From positions 316,265 through 380,264 of the forward strand of contig DASZXC010000008.1 in NCBI GenBank assembly GCA_035546035.1: a stretch of 64,000 nt of DNA. The letters run 5' to 3'. The stretch is from Minisyncoccota bacterium (GTDB taxonomy: Bacteria > Patescibacteriota > Minisyncoccia > Phycocordibacterales > UBA6065). Numbering within the stretch: the first letter of the stretch is position 1; each line of letters begins with the position of its first letter. Below are positions 37,804 to 47,440 of the stretch, in pieces. The notes beneath the pieces are model-generated. The model saw nothing but the letters and a program-made list of their open reading frames with translations. It was not told the DNA's origin and did no database searches. A program made the position numbers and the translations under genes.

Positions 37804-40800
37804 CTATGCAAGCGCCATGAAATTATCGGCGAGTAGGGAGATCTCGCCGTTCCTCTCCGAAACTTTCGCTTTCAATGCCACGCATTTCTCGGGCACGATG
37901 ACGGCTTTGTATCGCGCGTACGTGCGGGGGAATGCTACCGCTTCGATCGTGCCGGTCAGGTCTGCCATGCGGATGAACGCCATCGGCTCGTTCTTCTTCG
38001 TCATGATGACGCGGACTTCCTCGATAATGCCGCCGAGCACGACCATCTCTTCCTTTACCTTGCCCGTCGTTTCGAATTCCTTCATGGCTTTAGCTTTTGC
38101 CGTGGCGATATGGATCGGGCGTTTCTCGAGCACCGCTTTATATTTGTCTAAAGGATGCCCGGAGATATAAAGGCCGAGGAGCTCTTTTTCCCAGAGCAGC
38201 CTCTCGTGCTGGGTCACGGGAGACACCGTATCGAGCCTGATGTCGTCGTGGCCCGCGAACGCTTCATGGCCGCCGAACAATGAATCCTGCGCGCCGCCCG
38301 ACCTAGCTTTCTCTTTGTTGTATTCGAGCAATTTATCGATGTTGCCGTACATGGCAGCGCGGTCGGCGAATTCGTCCAAAGCGCCGCACTTGATGAGAGA
38401 TTCGAGCGATTTCTTGTTCAGGTTCCGGTCCTTGATCCGGGAAAGGAAATCCGAGAGCGACTTGTATTTTCCGCCTGCCTTGCGCTCGTGGATGATGGCG
38501 CGGGCTATGCCTTCGCCGAAGTTCTTGATCGTCGTAAGTCCGAAGCGGATGCGCGCCGTGCCGCCGGCTCCGTTCGCGGTCGCGTCTTTGATCACGGAGA
38601 ATGCCGTGAAGCTTTCATTCACGGATGGCGGCAATACCGGAATGCCCATGCGCTTGCATTCGATGATCGATTCGCCGATGCGCTCGACGTCGCCTGAATC
38701 GGCGGTCAGCACGGCGGACATATAGATGGCAGGGAAGTTGGCTTTGAAATACGCCGTCTCGTATGCGACTTTGCCGTATGATACCGAGTGAGCCTTGTTG
38801 AAGCCATATGCGGCGAACGGTTCGATCCAGGTCCACAATTCCTTCGCCTTCTTCTCGGCCCATTTGGAATGCGAGACGCAGCCCTTGATGAATTTCTCCT
38901 TCTGGACCGCCATCTCTTCCGGGATCTTCTTGCCGACGGCCTTTCGGAACTTGTCGACTTCGCCCCATGAATATCCCGCGATCTTGTGCGCGATCATCAG
39001 AAGGTCGTCCTGGTATACGAGCACGCCGTATGTTTTGTTCAAGATAGGTTCGAGCGCCGGGTCGGGATATTCGATCGGCGAGCGGCCGTGCTTTCGGTCG
39101 ATATACAGCGGGATGAATTGGATCGGGCCGGGACGATAGAGCGCCACCATTGCGTTGATGTCGTGGATGGTCGTCGGCTTGAGATCCTTCAGGTATTTGG
39201 TCATGCCGTCGCCGTTCAGCTGGAAAAGGCCTTCGGTCTCGCCGCGCGCGAGCATATCGAATGTCTTCTTGTCATCGAGCGGCACCGTCTCGGGATCTAT
39301 TTTCTGGCCCTCGATCTTTTCGATGCGGTCCACCACGTCGGCGAGGATAGAGAGGTTTTTGAGGCCAAGGAAGTCGAATTTCAGGAGGCCCGCTTCCTCG
39401 ATCGAATACATGTCGTACTGGCTGATGATCTTCTGTTCGCCTTTCGTATCGTACTGGAGGGGAGTGAAGTCGGTCAGTTCCGTCGGGGCGATGACCACGC
39501 CTGCGGCATGCACGGAGATGTGCCGGGCGCAGCCCTCGATCTTCTTTGCCAGGTCTATGATGCGCTTGGTATCGGGATCTTCTTTATAGAGCTTCGCCAG
39601 ATCGGGCACGAGCTCCATGGCATGATCGATGGTCATAGGGAAGCCCTGCGATCCCATAGGGATCATTTTGGCGAGCTTGTCGCCGGTCTCGACAGGGTAG
39701 CCAAGAGCACGAGTCACGTCGCGCACCGAGCCGCGGGCTGCCATGGTGCCGAACGTGCCGATCTGGGCTACTTTCTCTATGCCGTACTTCTTGCGGGCGT
39801 AATCCACCATCTCGTCGCGCCTGTTATCGGCGAAGTCCATATCTATATCGGGCGCCGAAGGCCGGTCGGGATTGAGGAATCGTTCGAACGGGATCTCATA
39901 TTCGAGCGGGTCTATATTCGTGATGCCTGCGAGGTATGTGACCATGGAGCCGGAGACCGAACCCCTGATATTCGACAATATGCCGTGTGCTCGCGCATAT
40001 GCCAGAAGGTCCGCCACGATCAGGAAGTACGGCGAATATCCCTTGCCCTTGATGACGGAGAGCTCGTATTCGACGCGCTTCAATATGTCGGGCGTCTCCG
40101 CGACGTCTCGCTTGGCAAAGCCTTCGAATACGACCTTGCGTAGAGCCGTGTCAGGCGTTTCGCCCTCGGGCAATTTGAAGTCGGGAAATACCCATTTGCC
40201 GAGCTCTATCTCGCAGTTGCATTCATCGGCGATCTTTTCGGTGTTGGCGATCGCTTCTGGTATGTCGCGGAAATATTCTTGGGCCGTTTTGTCGGATATG
40301 AACGAGAAATCGGCGACGTCGTCATCTGAAATGCGGTCGTCGCCCGACGAGTTCACGAGCATCAGAGTCTGTTGAGCCTGCTTATCTTCAGGTCTGATGT
40401 AATAGACGTTGCCTCCGGCGACTAACGGTATGCCGGTCTTTTTCGCCACGTCTTTGGTGCGCTCCATGAGCGTGTCGTGGCCGTCTATGTCCGGATGGTA
40501 GGTGATCTCGATATAAAAATCTGCTCCGTATATGGCACGATAGCTTTCGGCGATCTCGCAGGCCTTGGCTATGTCATTTCCCTGGAGCGCCGTGCTCAAA
40601 GGGCCGCTGAACGCCGATGCGACGGCGACGAGGTCGCTTTTATAAAGCTTCATGAGCTCGTCGTCTATGCGCGGCTTGTAGTAGAAACCTTCGAGGTAGC
40701 TTTTGGTGACGAGCTGGATGAGGTTTTTGTATCCGTTATAATTTTTGGCCAGAAGTATGAGGCGCGTGCGGCGCGAGTCTATGCCCGACTGCTTGTCGGC

Positions 40801-41025
40801 GCGACCGCGCGGCGAGACGTAGAAATCGACGCCAAGGATCGGCTTGATGCCTTTGCCCTTGCACTCTTTATAGAATTCGATGGCACCGTAGAGGTTGCCG
40901 TTGTCGGTCAGAGCCAGGGCAGGGGCGCTGTCTTTTTTCGCCGCTTCCACGAGGTCTCCGATCTTTGGCAATGCCGCCAAGAGGGAGTAGTGGCTGTGGG
41001 TATGGAGATGGATGAAGCGGGACAT
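37804..41025 (-). CDS. dnaE: DNA polymerase III alpha subunit
   Basis: HLHTHSHYS, FERFLNPDR..PDIDMDF, HAAGVVI, YGFNKAHS, OB fold. Confidence 0.97.
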   Translation of the reverse strand: MSRFIHLHTHSHYSLLAALPKIGDLVEAAKKDSAPALALTDNGNLYGAIEFYKECKGKGIKPILGVDFYVSPRGRADKQSGIDSRRTRLILLAKNYNGYKNLIQLVTKSYLEGFYYKPRIDDELMKLYKSDLVAVASAFSGPLSTALQGNDIAKACEIAESYRAIYGADFYIEITYHPDIDGHDTLMERTKDVAKKTGIPLVAGGNVYYIRPEDKQAQQTLMLVNSSGDDRISDDDVADFSFISDKTAQEYFRDIPEAIANTEKIADECNCEIELGKWVFPDFKLPEGETPDTALRKVVFEGFAKRDVAETPDILKRVEYELSVIKGKGYSPYFLIVADLLAYARAHGILSNIRGSVSGSMVTYLAGITNIDPLEYEIPFERFLNPDRPSAPDIDMDFADNRRDEMVDYARKKYGIEKVAQIGTFGTMAARGSVRDVTRALGYPVETGDKLAKMIPMGSQGFPMTIDHAMELVPDLAKLYKEDPDTKRIIDLAKKIEGCARHISVHAAGVVIAPTELTDFTPLQYDTKGEQKIISQYDMYSIEEAGLLKFDFLGLKNLSILADVVDRIEKIEGQKIDPETVPLDDKKTFDMLARGETEGLFQLNGDGMTKYLKDLKPTTIHDINAMVALYRPGPIQFIPLYIDRKHGRSPIEYPDPALEPILNKTYGVLVYQDDLLMIAHKIAGYSWGEVDKFRKAVGKKIPEEMAVQKEKFIKGCVSHSKWAEKKAKELWTWIEPFAAYGFNKAHSVSYGKVAYETAYFKANFPAIYMSAVLTADSGDVERIGESIIECKRMGIPVLPPSVNESFTAFSVIKDATANGAGGTARIRFGLTTIKNFGEGIARAIIHERKAGGKYKSLSDFLSRIKDRNLNKKSLESLIKCGALDEFADRAAMYGNIDKLLEYNKEKARSGGAQDSLFGGHEAFAGHDDIRLDTVSPVTQHERLLWEKELLGLYISGHPLDKYKAVLEKRPIHIATAKAKAMKEFETTGKVKEEMVVLGGIIEEVRVIMTKKNEPMAFIRMADLTGTIEAVAFPRTYARYKAVIVPEKCVALKAKVSERNGEISLLADNFMALA

Positions 41026-41127
41026 AGGTTGAATGGAACGCCAAGGACAAGCCTTGCGATCGATCAGTGACCATACAAGTATACGCTCTTTGCATCGAGG
41101 CACCAAGCGTCCTCGTAGTATGAGATA

Positions 41128-41736
41128 ATGAACCTAATGGAGATCCGCCATATCGTGGGCATAGACGAGGTAGGTCGCGGGCCGTTGGCGGGGCCTGTCA
41201 CTATCTGTGCCTGCCGAGTAGCCGACGGATTCGATTTCGAGCATTTCAAGGGAATCAAGGATTCCAAGCAGCTTTCGCCCCAGAAGCGCGAATCGTGGTT
41301 CCTGCGCATATCGGAATTGAAGTCGCGTGGCCAGGTCGAATTCGCATACGCGTCCGTGTCGGCGGAAGAGATAGACGCGATCGGCATCGCACGGGCGATC
41401 GAGAAGGCTATACATGTGTCGCTCGAGGCTCTGGACCTCGTCCCTGAATCGACTTACATATTTTTGGACGGATCGCTCAAGGCTCCGAAGCGCTTCGCGC
41501 ATCAGGAGACGATCATAAAAGGGGACGAGAAGGTGCCTATAATCAGCGCCGCGTCCATCGTCGCCAAGGTCATCCGCGACCGCCATATGGAAGAGCAGGG
41601 GCGCATATATCCCGCATATGGATTCGAGGCGCATAAGGGGTATGGCACCGATGAGCATCGAAAAGCTATCAGAAAGCACGGCGCGTCGCCGATCCACAGG
41701 CTTAGCTTCCTTTCCAACATCATAAAGGCCGCATAA
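41128..41736 (+). CDS. rnhB: Ribonuclease HII
   Basis: GIDEVGRGPLAGPV, DSKQLS, SAASIVAKV.RD, HKGYGT; start may be 41137. Confidence 0.96.
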   Translation: MNLMEIRHIVGIDEVGRGPLAGPVTICACRVADGFDFEHFKGIKDSKQLSPQKRESWFLRISELKSRGQVEFAYASVSAEEIDAIGIARAIEKAIHVSLEALDLVPESTYIFLDGSLKAPKRFAHQETIIKGDEKVPIISAASIVAKVIRDRHMEEQGRIYPAYGFEAHKGYGTDEHRKAIRKHGASPIHRLSFLSNIIKAA

Positions 41737-41785
41737 TCCGGCCCTTTCTTGCCTTTTTTATGAAGTCTGCTATAGTCAATGGCCT

Positions 41786-42010
41786 ATGGTAGTACGAATG
41801 CGAGCAACGAGGTCTCACAGGAACAACAGGCGTTCTCATCACGCCCTTAAAAACCCTGCATTGACGCGCGATACGAATACGGGCGCTATCCACCTCCGCC
41901 ACCGCGCTTCCGCGATTACGGGCAAATACAAAGGTATCGTCGTCGTAGACATGGATAAGAAGGCCGCGAAGAAGGCCAAGAAAGCGAAAGAAGCACAGAC
42001 GGCTCGCTAG
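41786..42010 (+). CDS. rpmF: 50S ribosomal protein L32 (Cys-free)
   Basis: RATRSHRNNRRSHHAL...HLRHRA....GKYKG. Confidence 0.9.
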   Translation: MVVRMRATRSHRNNRRSHHALKNPALTRDTNTGAIHLRHRASAITGKYKGIVVVDMDKKAAKKAKKAKEAQTAR

Positions 42011-42063
42011 TATAAAAATCACCCCAGGGCTCGGCGGGGTGATTTTTATACTAGCGAGCCGTC
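41998..42063. repeat. 28-bp perfect inverted repeat (terminator/REP-like), copy 2
   Basis: Arms 41998-42025 and 42036-42063; loop AGGGCTCGGC. Confidence 0.95.
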
Positions 42064-42150
42064 CGGACTCCATTGCTCTCTTGCGCACCTTCTAAAACCT
42101 TTGTATCCTTTATAACGTATTAGTTTCAGGCATTAACGAACGCACATTTT

Positions 42151-43050
42151 ATGGCAAATAGGCACCTTGCGCGGTCTGTCGTTCTGCAGTCCCTCTTCGA
42201 GTGGGACTTCCGCGATAAATCCGACGCCATCCTCTCCGATGCGATATCCCGCGACGCGGCCGAGTTCGCGCCGGGCAATTCCGACGTCTCGTTCATGCAG
42301 GAGCTCGGCAAGGGAGTCATTTCAAAGCGTTCTGAGATAGACACCATCATAACCAAGGCCGCTCCTGACTGGCCTTTGGACAAGATCTCCATCGTAGACC
42401 GAAATGTCCTGCGCATCGGTCTTTTTGAATTGCTCTTCGCCGACCGCGAAGAGGTTCCGGCGAAAGTCGCCATCAACGAGGCCATCGAGCTCGCCAAATC
42501 GTTCGGCGGCGAGAATTCGGGTAAATTCGTGAACGGCGTGCTCGGTTCCGTATACAAGGAGCTCGGCGAGCCGGGCAAGGACGCGGTTTCCAAGAAAAAG
42601 GACGACAAATTCAATATCCCGTTCGAGAAGATGCCCATCGTGAAGCTCGGCGGCGCGGTCGTATTCGCCCGCGACGGCGGCGACATATACCTGGGTCTCG
42701 TCCATGACGTATTCGGTCGCTGGACCTTGTCCAAAGGAAGCCTTGAAGAGGGCGAGGACGTGAAGGTCGGCACTATGCGCAAGATCAAAGAGGAGATCGG
42801 CATAGGCGTCAGCCTCCTCAAGGAGGTCGCTTCGAACGAATATGTCGCGACGCACCCGGAGAAAGGCAAGCTCCGCAAGCAGGTGACGTATTTCCTCGCC
42901 GAAGCAAAGTACGAGCCTTTGAAGCTCAAAGAATCGGGCGGCCTCGACAAAGCGCAGTGGTTCAAGGCGGACGCGATCGGCGACCTCAATTTCTATGACG
43001 ACATGCTGCCGATCCTCACGAAAGCCATAAAGCTCATTCCCAAGAAGTAG
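42151..43050 (+). CDS. nusB: NusB fused to a C-terminal Nudix-fold domain
   Basis: RHLAR...LQSLF, DRNVLRIG, AINEAIELAKSFG, FVNGVLG; then WTLSKGSLEEGE...RKIKEEIG. Confidence 0.9.
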   Translation: MANRHLARSVVLQSLFEWDFRDKSDAILSDAISRDAAEFAPGNSDVSFMQELGKGVISKRSEIDTIITKAAPDWPLDKISIVDRNVLRIGLFELLFADREEVPAKVAINEAIELAKSFGGENSGKFVNGVLGSVYKELGEPGKDAVSKKKDDKFNIPFEKMPIVKLGGAVVFARDGGDIYLGLVHDVFGRWTLSKGSLEEGEDVKVGTMRKIKEEIGIGVSLLKEVASNEYVATHPEKGKLRKQVTYFLAEAKYEPLKLKESGGLDKAQWFKADAIGDLNFYDDMLPILTKAIKLIPKK

Positions 43051-43085
43051 TTGGCAATTCCTCTCTTTTCATATAGGTTAGTCGC

Positions 43086-43796
43086 ATGGCAACAGACATA
43101 GACAGAAATCTTTCCCGATTCGAAGACAAGGCAGGCGTCGTCTTCAAAGACAAAGCGCTCCTCCGCCAGGCTTTTACGCACCGTTCCTACATCAACGAGA
43201 ACAAGAACACCAGGCTCGAGCATAACGAGCGCCTCGAATTCCTCGGCGACGCGGTCCTTGAATTGGTCGTCACCGACTTCCTGTACAGAAAATATCCGAC
43301 TAATCCGGAAGGAGAGCTCACGACGTACCGGTCGGCCCTGGTGAACGCCGTCACGCTCTCCGAAGTCGCGTCGAACCTCGCTATGAACGATTTCCTCCTC
43401 CTTTCGAAGGGTGAAGCTAAAGACAATGGCCGCGCGCGCCAGTATATATTGGCCAATACCTTCGAAGCCGTCGTCGGCGCCATCTATCTGGACCAAGGAT
43501 ACGACGTCGCCAAGCAGTTCATAGAGAAGCACATATTCATATTTGCGGACGTTATGATCGCGCGCGGAAACCTCGTAGACGCAAAGTCCATGTTCCAGGA
43601 GCGCGCCCAGGAGAAGACGGGAGTGACGCCGTCGTACAAATTGGTGCGTGAGTCAGGCCCTGACCACGACAAATCGTTCACGGTCGGCGTGATGATAGGC
43701 AAAGAGCAGGTCGCCACGGGCGAAGGAAAATCAAAGCAGGAAGCGGAACAGAACGCCGCATTGCGGGCGCTCGAGGCAAAGGGTTGGAATCCGTAG
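43086..43796 (+). CDS. rnc: Ribonuclease III
   Basis: HNERLEFLGDAVL signature and dsRBD. Confidence 0.97.
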   Translation: MATDIDRNLSRFEDKAGVVFKDKALLRQAFTHRSYINENKNTRLEHNERLEFLGDAVLELVVTDFLYRKYPTNPEGELTTYRSALVNAVTLSEVASNLAMNDFLLLSKGEAKDNGRARQYILANTFEAVVGAIYLDQGYDVAKQFIEKHIFIFADVMIARGNLVDAKSMFQERAQEKTGVTPSYKLVRESGPDHDKSFTVGVMIGKEQVATGEGKSKQEAEQNAALRALEAKGWNP

Positions 43797-43877
43797 AAAG
43801 CGCCTTGCTTTCCGCGTCCTTCCGGGAATATCGAGAATAAAAAAACCGCGCTCTCGCAAGAGCGCGGCCTTGATAGC

Positions 43878-44180
43878 CTACAAGCTGCTCGGTTTTCGGA
43901 AGATATTCTTCCAAGAGCCGCAGAAACCGAGATGATAGAGACAAAACGGGATCATTACGATGATCGAGCGCACGATCATCGTGTGCTGCGATTCCAGGAA
44001 TTCGTCGGAGGGGTGGGCCGCGAGAACGATCTCCGCGATATTCGTGATCACTCCGCAAAAGCCCATGGCGCATAAGGAGGCCGCGGCGAAGATGACAGGG
44101 TCTTTGACCCAGGCGGGAAGTCTTTTCATAGGGTACAAGGGATTCCGCGCCATAATAGCACGGACGCTGCTTTTGCGCAT
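43878..44180 (-). CDS. Hypothetical two-TM protein (orphan)
   Basis: Hydrophobic ORF filling the rnc-smc gap; hairpin at about 43845-43868; start uncertain. Confidence 0.55.
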   Translation of the reverse strand: MRKSSVRAIMARNPLYPMKRLPAWVKDPVIFAAASLCAMGFCGVITNIAEIVLAAHPSDEFLESQHTMIVRSIIVMIPFCLYHLGFCGSWKNIFRKPSSL

Positions 44181-44222
44181 TTCCAGGCTGTAAGTGATAT
44201 ATTTAAAGAGCCAATTCCCTCC

Positions 44223-46481
44223 ATGCATCTCCGATCACTCGAGCTTTCCGGCTTCAAATCGTTCGCTAAAAAGAGCGCGCTCGAATTCAACGCGCAAGTG
44301 ACCGCCATCGTCGGTCCGAACGGATCGGGTAAATCGAACGTCGCCGAGGCGTTCCGGTTCGTCCTAGGCGAGCAATCCATCAAGTCCATGCGCGGCAAGA
44401 AGACCGAGGACCTTATTTTCAACGGAGCCGAAGCCCAGGCCCGCGGCAACCGCGCGTCGGTCAAGCTGACGTTCGATAATGCGCCGCAAAAGGGCGCACG
44501 GCTCCTGAACATCGATTTCGACGAGGTCTCTATCGAGCGCGTCATACACCGCGACTCGCTTTCCGAATATTTCATTAACGGATCGGCCGTGCGCTTGCGA
44601 GACATCGTCGAACTGCTCGCCGGCGCGCATATCGGCGCTTCGGGCCATCACATCATCTCGCAGGGCGAGGCCGACAGGATCCTGAACGCGAACGCACGCG
44701 AGCGCCGCGAGATGATCGAGGACGCGCTCGGTCTCAAGATATTCCAGTACAAGAGGGAGGAGAGCGAGCGAAAGCTCGAGAAAACGCGCGAGAACATGGA
44801 CAAGGTCGAATCGCTCCGCAAAGAGATCGCTCCGCATCTGAAGTTCCTGAAAAAGCAGGTGGAGAAGGTCGAGAAGACGATCGCTCTGCGCGAAGAGCTC
44901 AACGACATGTACAGAGAATACCTGAAGAGGGAATCTGAATATCTGGGCGCGACCGAAAAGGCTCTCGTCGAAGAATCCGCGGGCCCGAAGCGCGACCTCG
45001 ATCGATTGGAAAAAGAACTGGCGGCGGCGAAAAAGGTCTTGGACGAGTCCAAGCATAAGGACGCCAAGTCGAGCGAGCTGATGCAGCTAGAGGGTCGGCT
45101 GAAAGCGGTCAGAGAGGCGCGCGACGCCGCGTCGCGCGCCACCGGCCGCATCGAAGGCGAGATATCAACCCTTGAAAAGCTCCTCGCGCGCGAAAAGGCG
45201 ACCGCAGCCGCGGAAGCCGTCACCGTAGAATATTCGAAGGTAAAATCTCTCATTGCCGAAGCCGACGATATGCTCGCCGGCGCAGCCAAAGACCTCGGTC
45301 TCATCGCCAAAGTCCGTGCATTGCTCAAGTCTTTCCTTGATTCGAATAAAAACGCTCGATCCGATAGCCGTGCCGCAGACCTGGAGAAGGAGATAAAGCT
45401 CCTCAAGGAGCGCAAGATCGATGCGGACAAGGAAAGCAAGGAAAGAGACTCCGAATTCGGCGCTCTCTCCGCGAAATACGCCGCTCTCCAGAAGGAGATA
45501 GAAAAGGAGAAAGACAGCTCGCGCGACGCCGAGAAGGCGATGTTCCGCATCATGGCCGAAGAGAACGAGATCCGCGGCAGGCTCTCCGTTATCCGCGTGC
45601 GCGAAGACAAGCTCCGCCTCGAAAAAGAAGACTTCAAGCGCGAGCTCGCCGAAGGCGCTGGACTGATCGGCCGCGACATAACGTTCTATGAGTCGGACGA
45701 GGCCGTATATCCTGCCGAAGACCGCCACGCCCAGGAAGAGCGCCGCCGCTCCATCGAAAAGATCAAGGTCCGCCTCGAGGATTCCGGCGGAGTCTCGCCT
45801 GAAGACGTCATGAAGGAGTTCAAGGAGACGTCCGACCGCGACGGATTCCTCGCCCGCGAGATCGTGGACCTCGAAAAATCGGCCGAATCCCTGACCCGGC
45901 TCATCGTCGAGCTCGAGGAGAAGCTCGACACCATGTTCTCTGACGGCATCTCTAAAATAAATAGGCAATTTAAAGAATTCTTCGCTCTCATGTTCGGCGG
46001 CGGCGAAGCATCCCTCGGCGTCATCAAAGAGAAGAAGCGCAAGCGGGGCCCTTCCGCGGAAGAATTGGCGGAAATGAAAGAGGCTGGCATCGAACTCCCT
46101 CCCGAAGGAGAGGAGGAAGAGACCGAGCTCGGCGTGGATATCAACGTGAATCTGCCGCGGAAGAAGATCCGCGGCCTCGAGATGCTTTCGGGCGGCGAGC
46201 GCGCTCTCACTTCTATCGCGCTCCTCTTCGCGATCTCGCAGGTCAATCCGCCGCCGTTCATCATCCTTGACGAGACCGACGCCGCCCTCGACGAGGCTAA
46301 TTCCAAAAAATACGGCGACATGGTCGAGAATCTGTCGAAGCATTCCCAGCTCATCGTCATCACCCACAACCGCGAGACTATGTCGCGCGCGGGCGTCCTC
46401 TATGGCGTCACTATGGGCAGGGAAGGCTATTCCAAGCTCCTTTCCATCGCATTCAACGAGGCATTGGCGGTGGCGAAATAG
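44223..46481 (+). CDS. smc: Short SMC-family ATPase (752 aa)
   Basis: GFKSF, GPNGSGKSN, ISQG, LSGGE, FIILDE.DAALD, ITH; coiled coils. Confidence 0.9.
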   Translation: MHLRSLELSGFKSFAKKSALEFNAQVTAIVGPNGSGKSNVAEAFRFVLGEQSIKSMRGKKTEDLIFNGAEAQARGNRASVKLTFDNAPQKGARLLNIDFDEVSIERVIHRDSLSEYFINGSAVRLRDIVELLAGAHIGASGHHIISQGEADRILNANARERREMIEDALGLKIFQYKREESERKLEKTRENMDKVESLRKEIAPHLKFLKKQVEKVEKTIALREELNDMYREYLKRESEYLGATEKALVEESAGPKRDLDRLEKELAAAKKVLDESKHKDAKSSELMQLEGRLKAVREARDAASRATGRIEGEISTLEKLLAREKATAAAEAVTVEYSKVKSLIAEADDMLAGAAKDLGLIAKVRALLKSFLDSNKNARSDSRAADLEKEIKLLKERKIDADKESKERDSEFGALSAKYAALQKEIEKEKDSSRDAEKAMFRIMAEENEIRGRLSVIRVREDKLRLEKEDFKRELAEGAGLIGRDITFYESDEAVYPAEDRHAQEERRRSIEKIKVRLEDSGGVSPEDVMKEFKETSDRDGFLAREIVDLEKSAESLTRLIVELEEKLDTMFSDGISKINRQFKEFFALMFGGGEASLGVIKEKKRKRGPSAEELAEMKEAGIELPPEGEEEETELGVDINVNLPRKKIRGLEMLSGGERALTSIALLFAISQVNPPPFIILDETDAALDEANSKKYGDMVENLSKHSQLIVITHNRETMSRAGVLYGVTMGREGYSKLLSIAFNEALAVAK

Positions 46482-46524
46482 GACTTGATTTTTTATACAG
46501 ATGTGCTATAATGATGCATAGCAT

Positions 46525-46953
46525 ATGCACATTAACTCATGTCTCCTTAATTCGCAGGAAGAGCTCGAAGAGCTCTTCCGAGAAACCAAGCAAAAGATCC
46601 TGGCTCTCTGCGCCTCCGGCGAGATCCAGATCGACGATGCCTCGATCCGCAAGGCATTCGAGCGCGTCGTCGCCGGAGTCCATCTCTTCATGGAATTCGG
46701 GTTCAGCAGGTGGTGGGTCAAGATCCGCGAAGGCGAGATCGACGTCGGCGACCCTGCGCGGGCGCCCTTCAATCTGGTCGTCAGCCGTTTCGGGCTTCAG
46801 ATCAAGGATCTGCCCGATCGCAAGGCCCAGGACTGCGGACTGGTTCCGATCGAATTCGGCCCTACGGCGGAACGGAGAGCGCTTAACGCTTTCTGGAATG
46901 CCGTCCTCGCCGATTTCAAGAACGATCCGGTCGCCAATGGCCATGGTTTCTGA
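46525..46953 (+). CDS. Hypothetical protein (orphan)
   Basis: Promoter TTGATT-16-TATAAT (46485-46512); terminator at 46966-47000. Confidence 0.7.
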   Translation: MHINSCLLNSQEELEELFRETKQKILALCASGEIQIDDASIRKAFERVVAGVHLFMEFGFSRWWVKIREGEIDVGDPARAPFNLVVSRFGLQIKDLPDRKAQDCGLVPIEFGPTAERRALNAFWNAVLADFKNDPVANGHGF

Positions 46954-47070
46954 GGGCTTGTATTCAAGGCCTGCGACGCTTCGCGTCGCAGGCCTTTTTT
47001 CTTTCTCCGATTTTTTGCGATTTGCGCGAACCGGAAGGGGCGCTATCATATATCCAAACCCTGCTCTCCC

Positions 47071-47298
47071 ATGCCTCTCCCGACTCCTTTCTCCCAAGTG
47101 CCTACGAGCGTCGGCTTCAAGCTTTTCGGCCCGAACGGCGACCATCGCCTCGGCGTCGATTATGCGCTGACGTATATCCGCGTCCAGCCCGTCCGGACGG
47201 AGGACGGCAGGACGCTCGAAGCGGTCTGCGTCCAGACTGGCCGCCTTATCAGCATGCAGGGCGGCGATCTCGTCGAGCGCTCCGCCTGCACCGTCTGA
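47071..47298 (+). CDS. Small beta-rich hypothetical protein
   Basis: 75 aa followed by terminator at about 47308-47340. Confidence 0.6.
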   Translation: MPLPTPFSQVPTSVGFKLFGPNGDHRLGVDYALTYIRVQPVRTEDGRTLEAVCVQTGRLISMQGGDLVERSACTV

Positions 47299-47440
47299 CC
47301 CTCCTCGAGGCCCGACCACCGTGTCGGGCCTTTTCGTTTGAATATGAACCGCCGGAGCGGCGCGTACTAAGTACGTGATTCCTGGATCATTTGCGAAAAT
47401 AGCTCTAAAGCCATACTCTATACACGAAACCCACATACGC

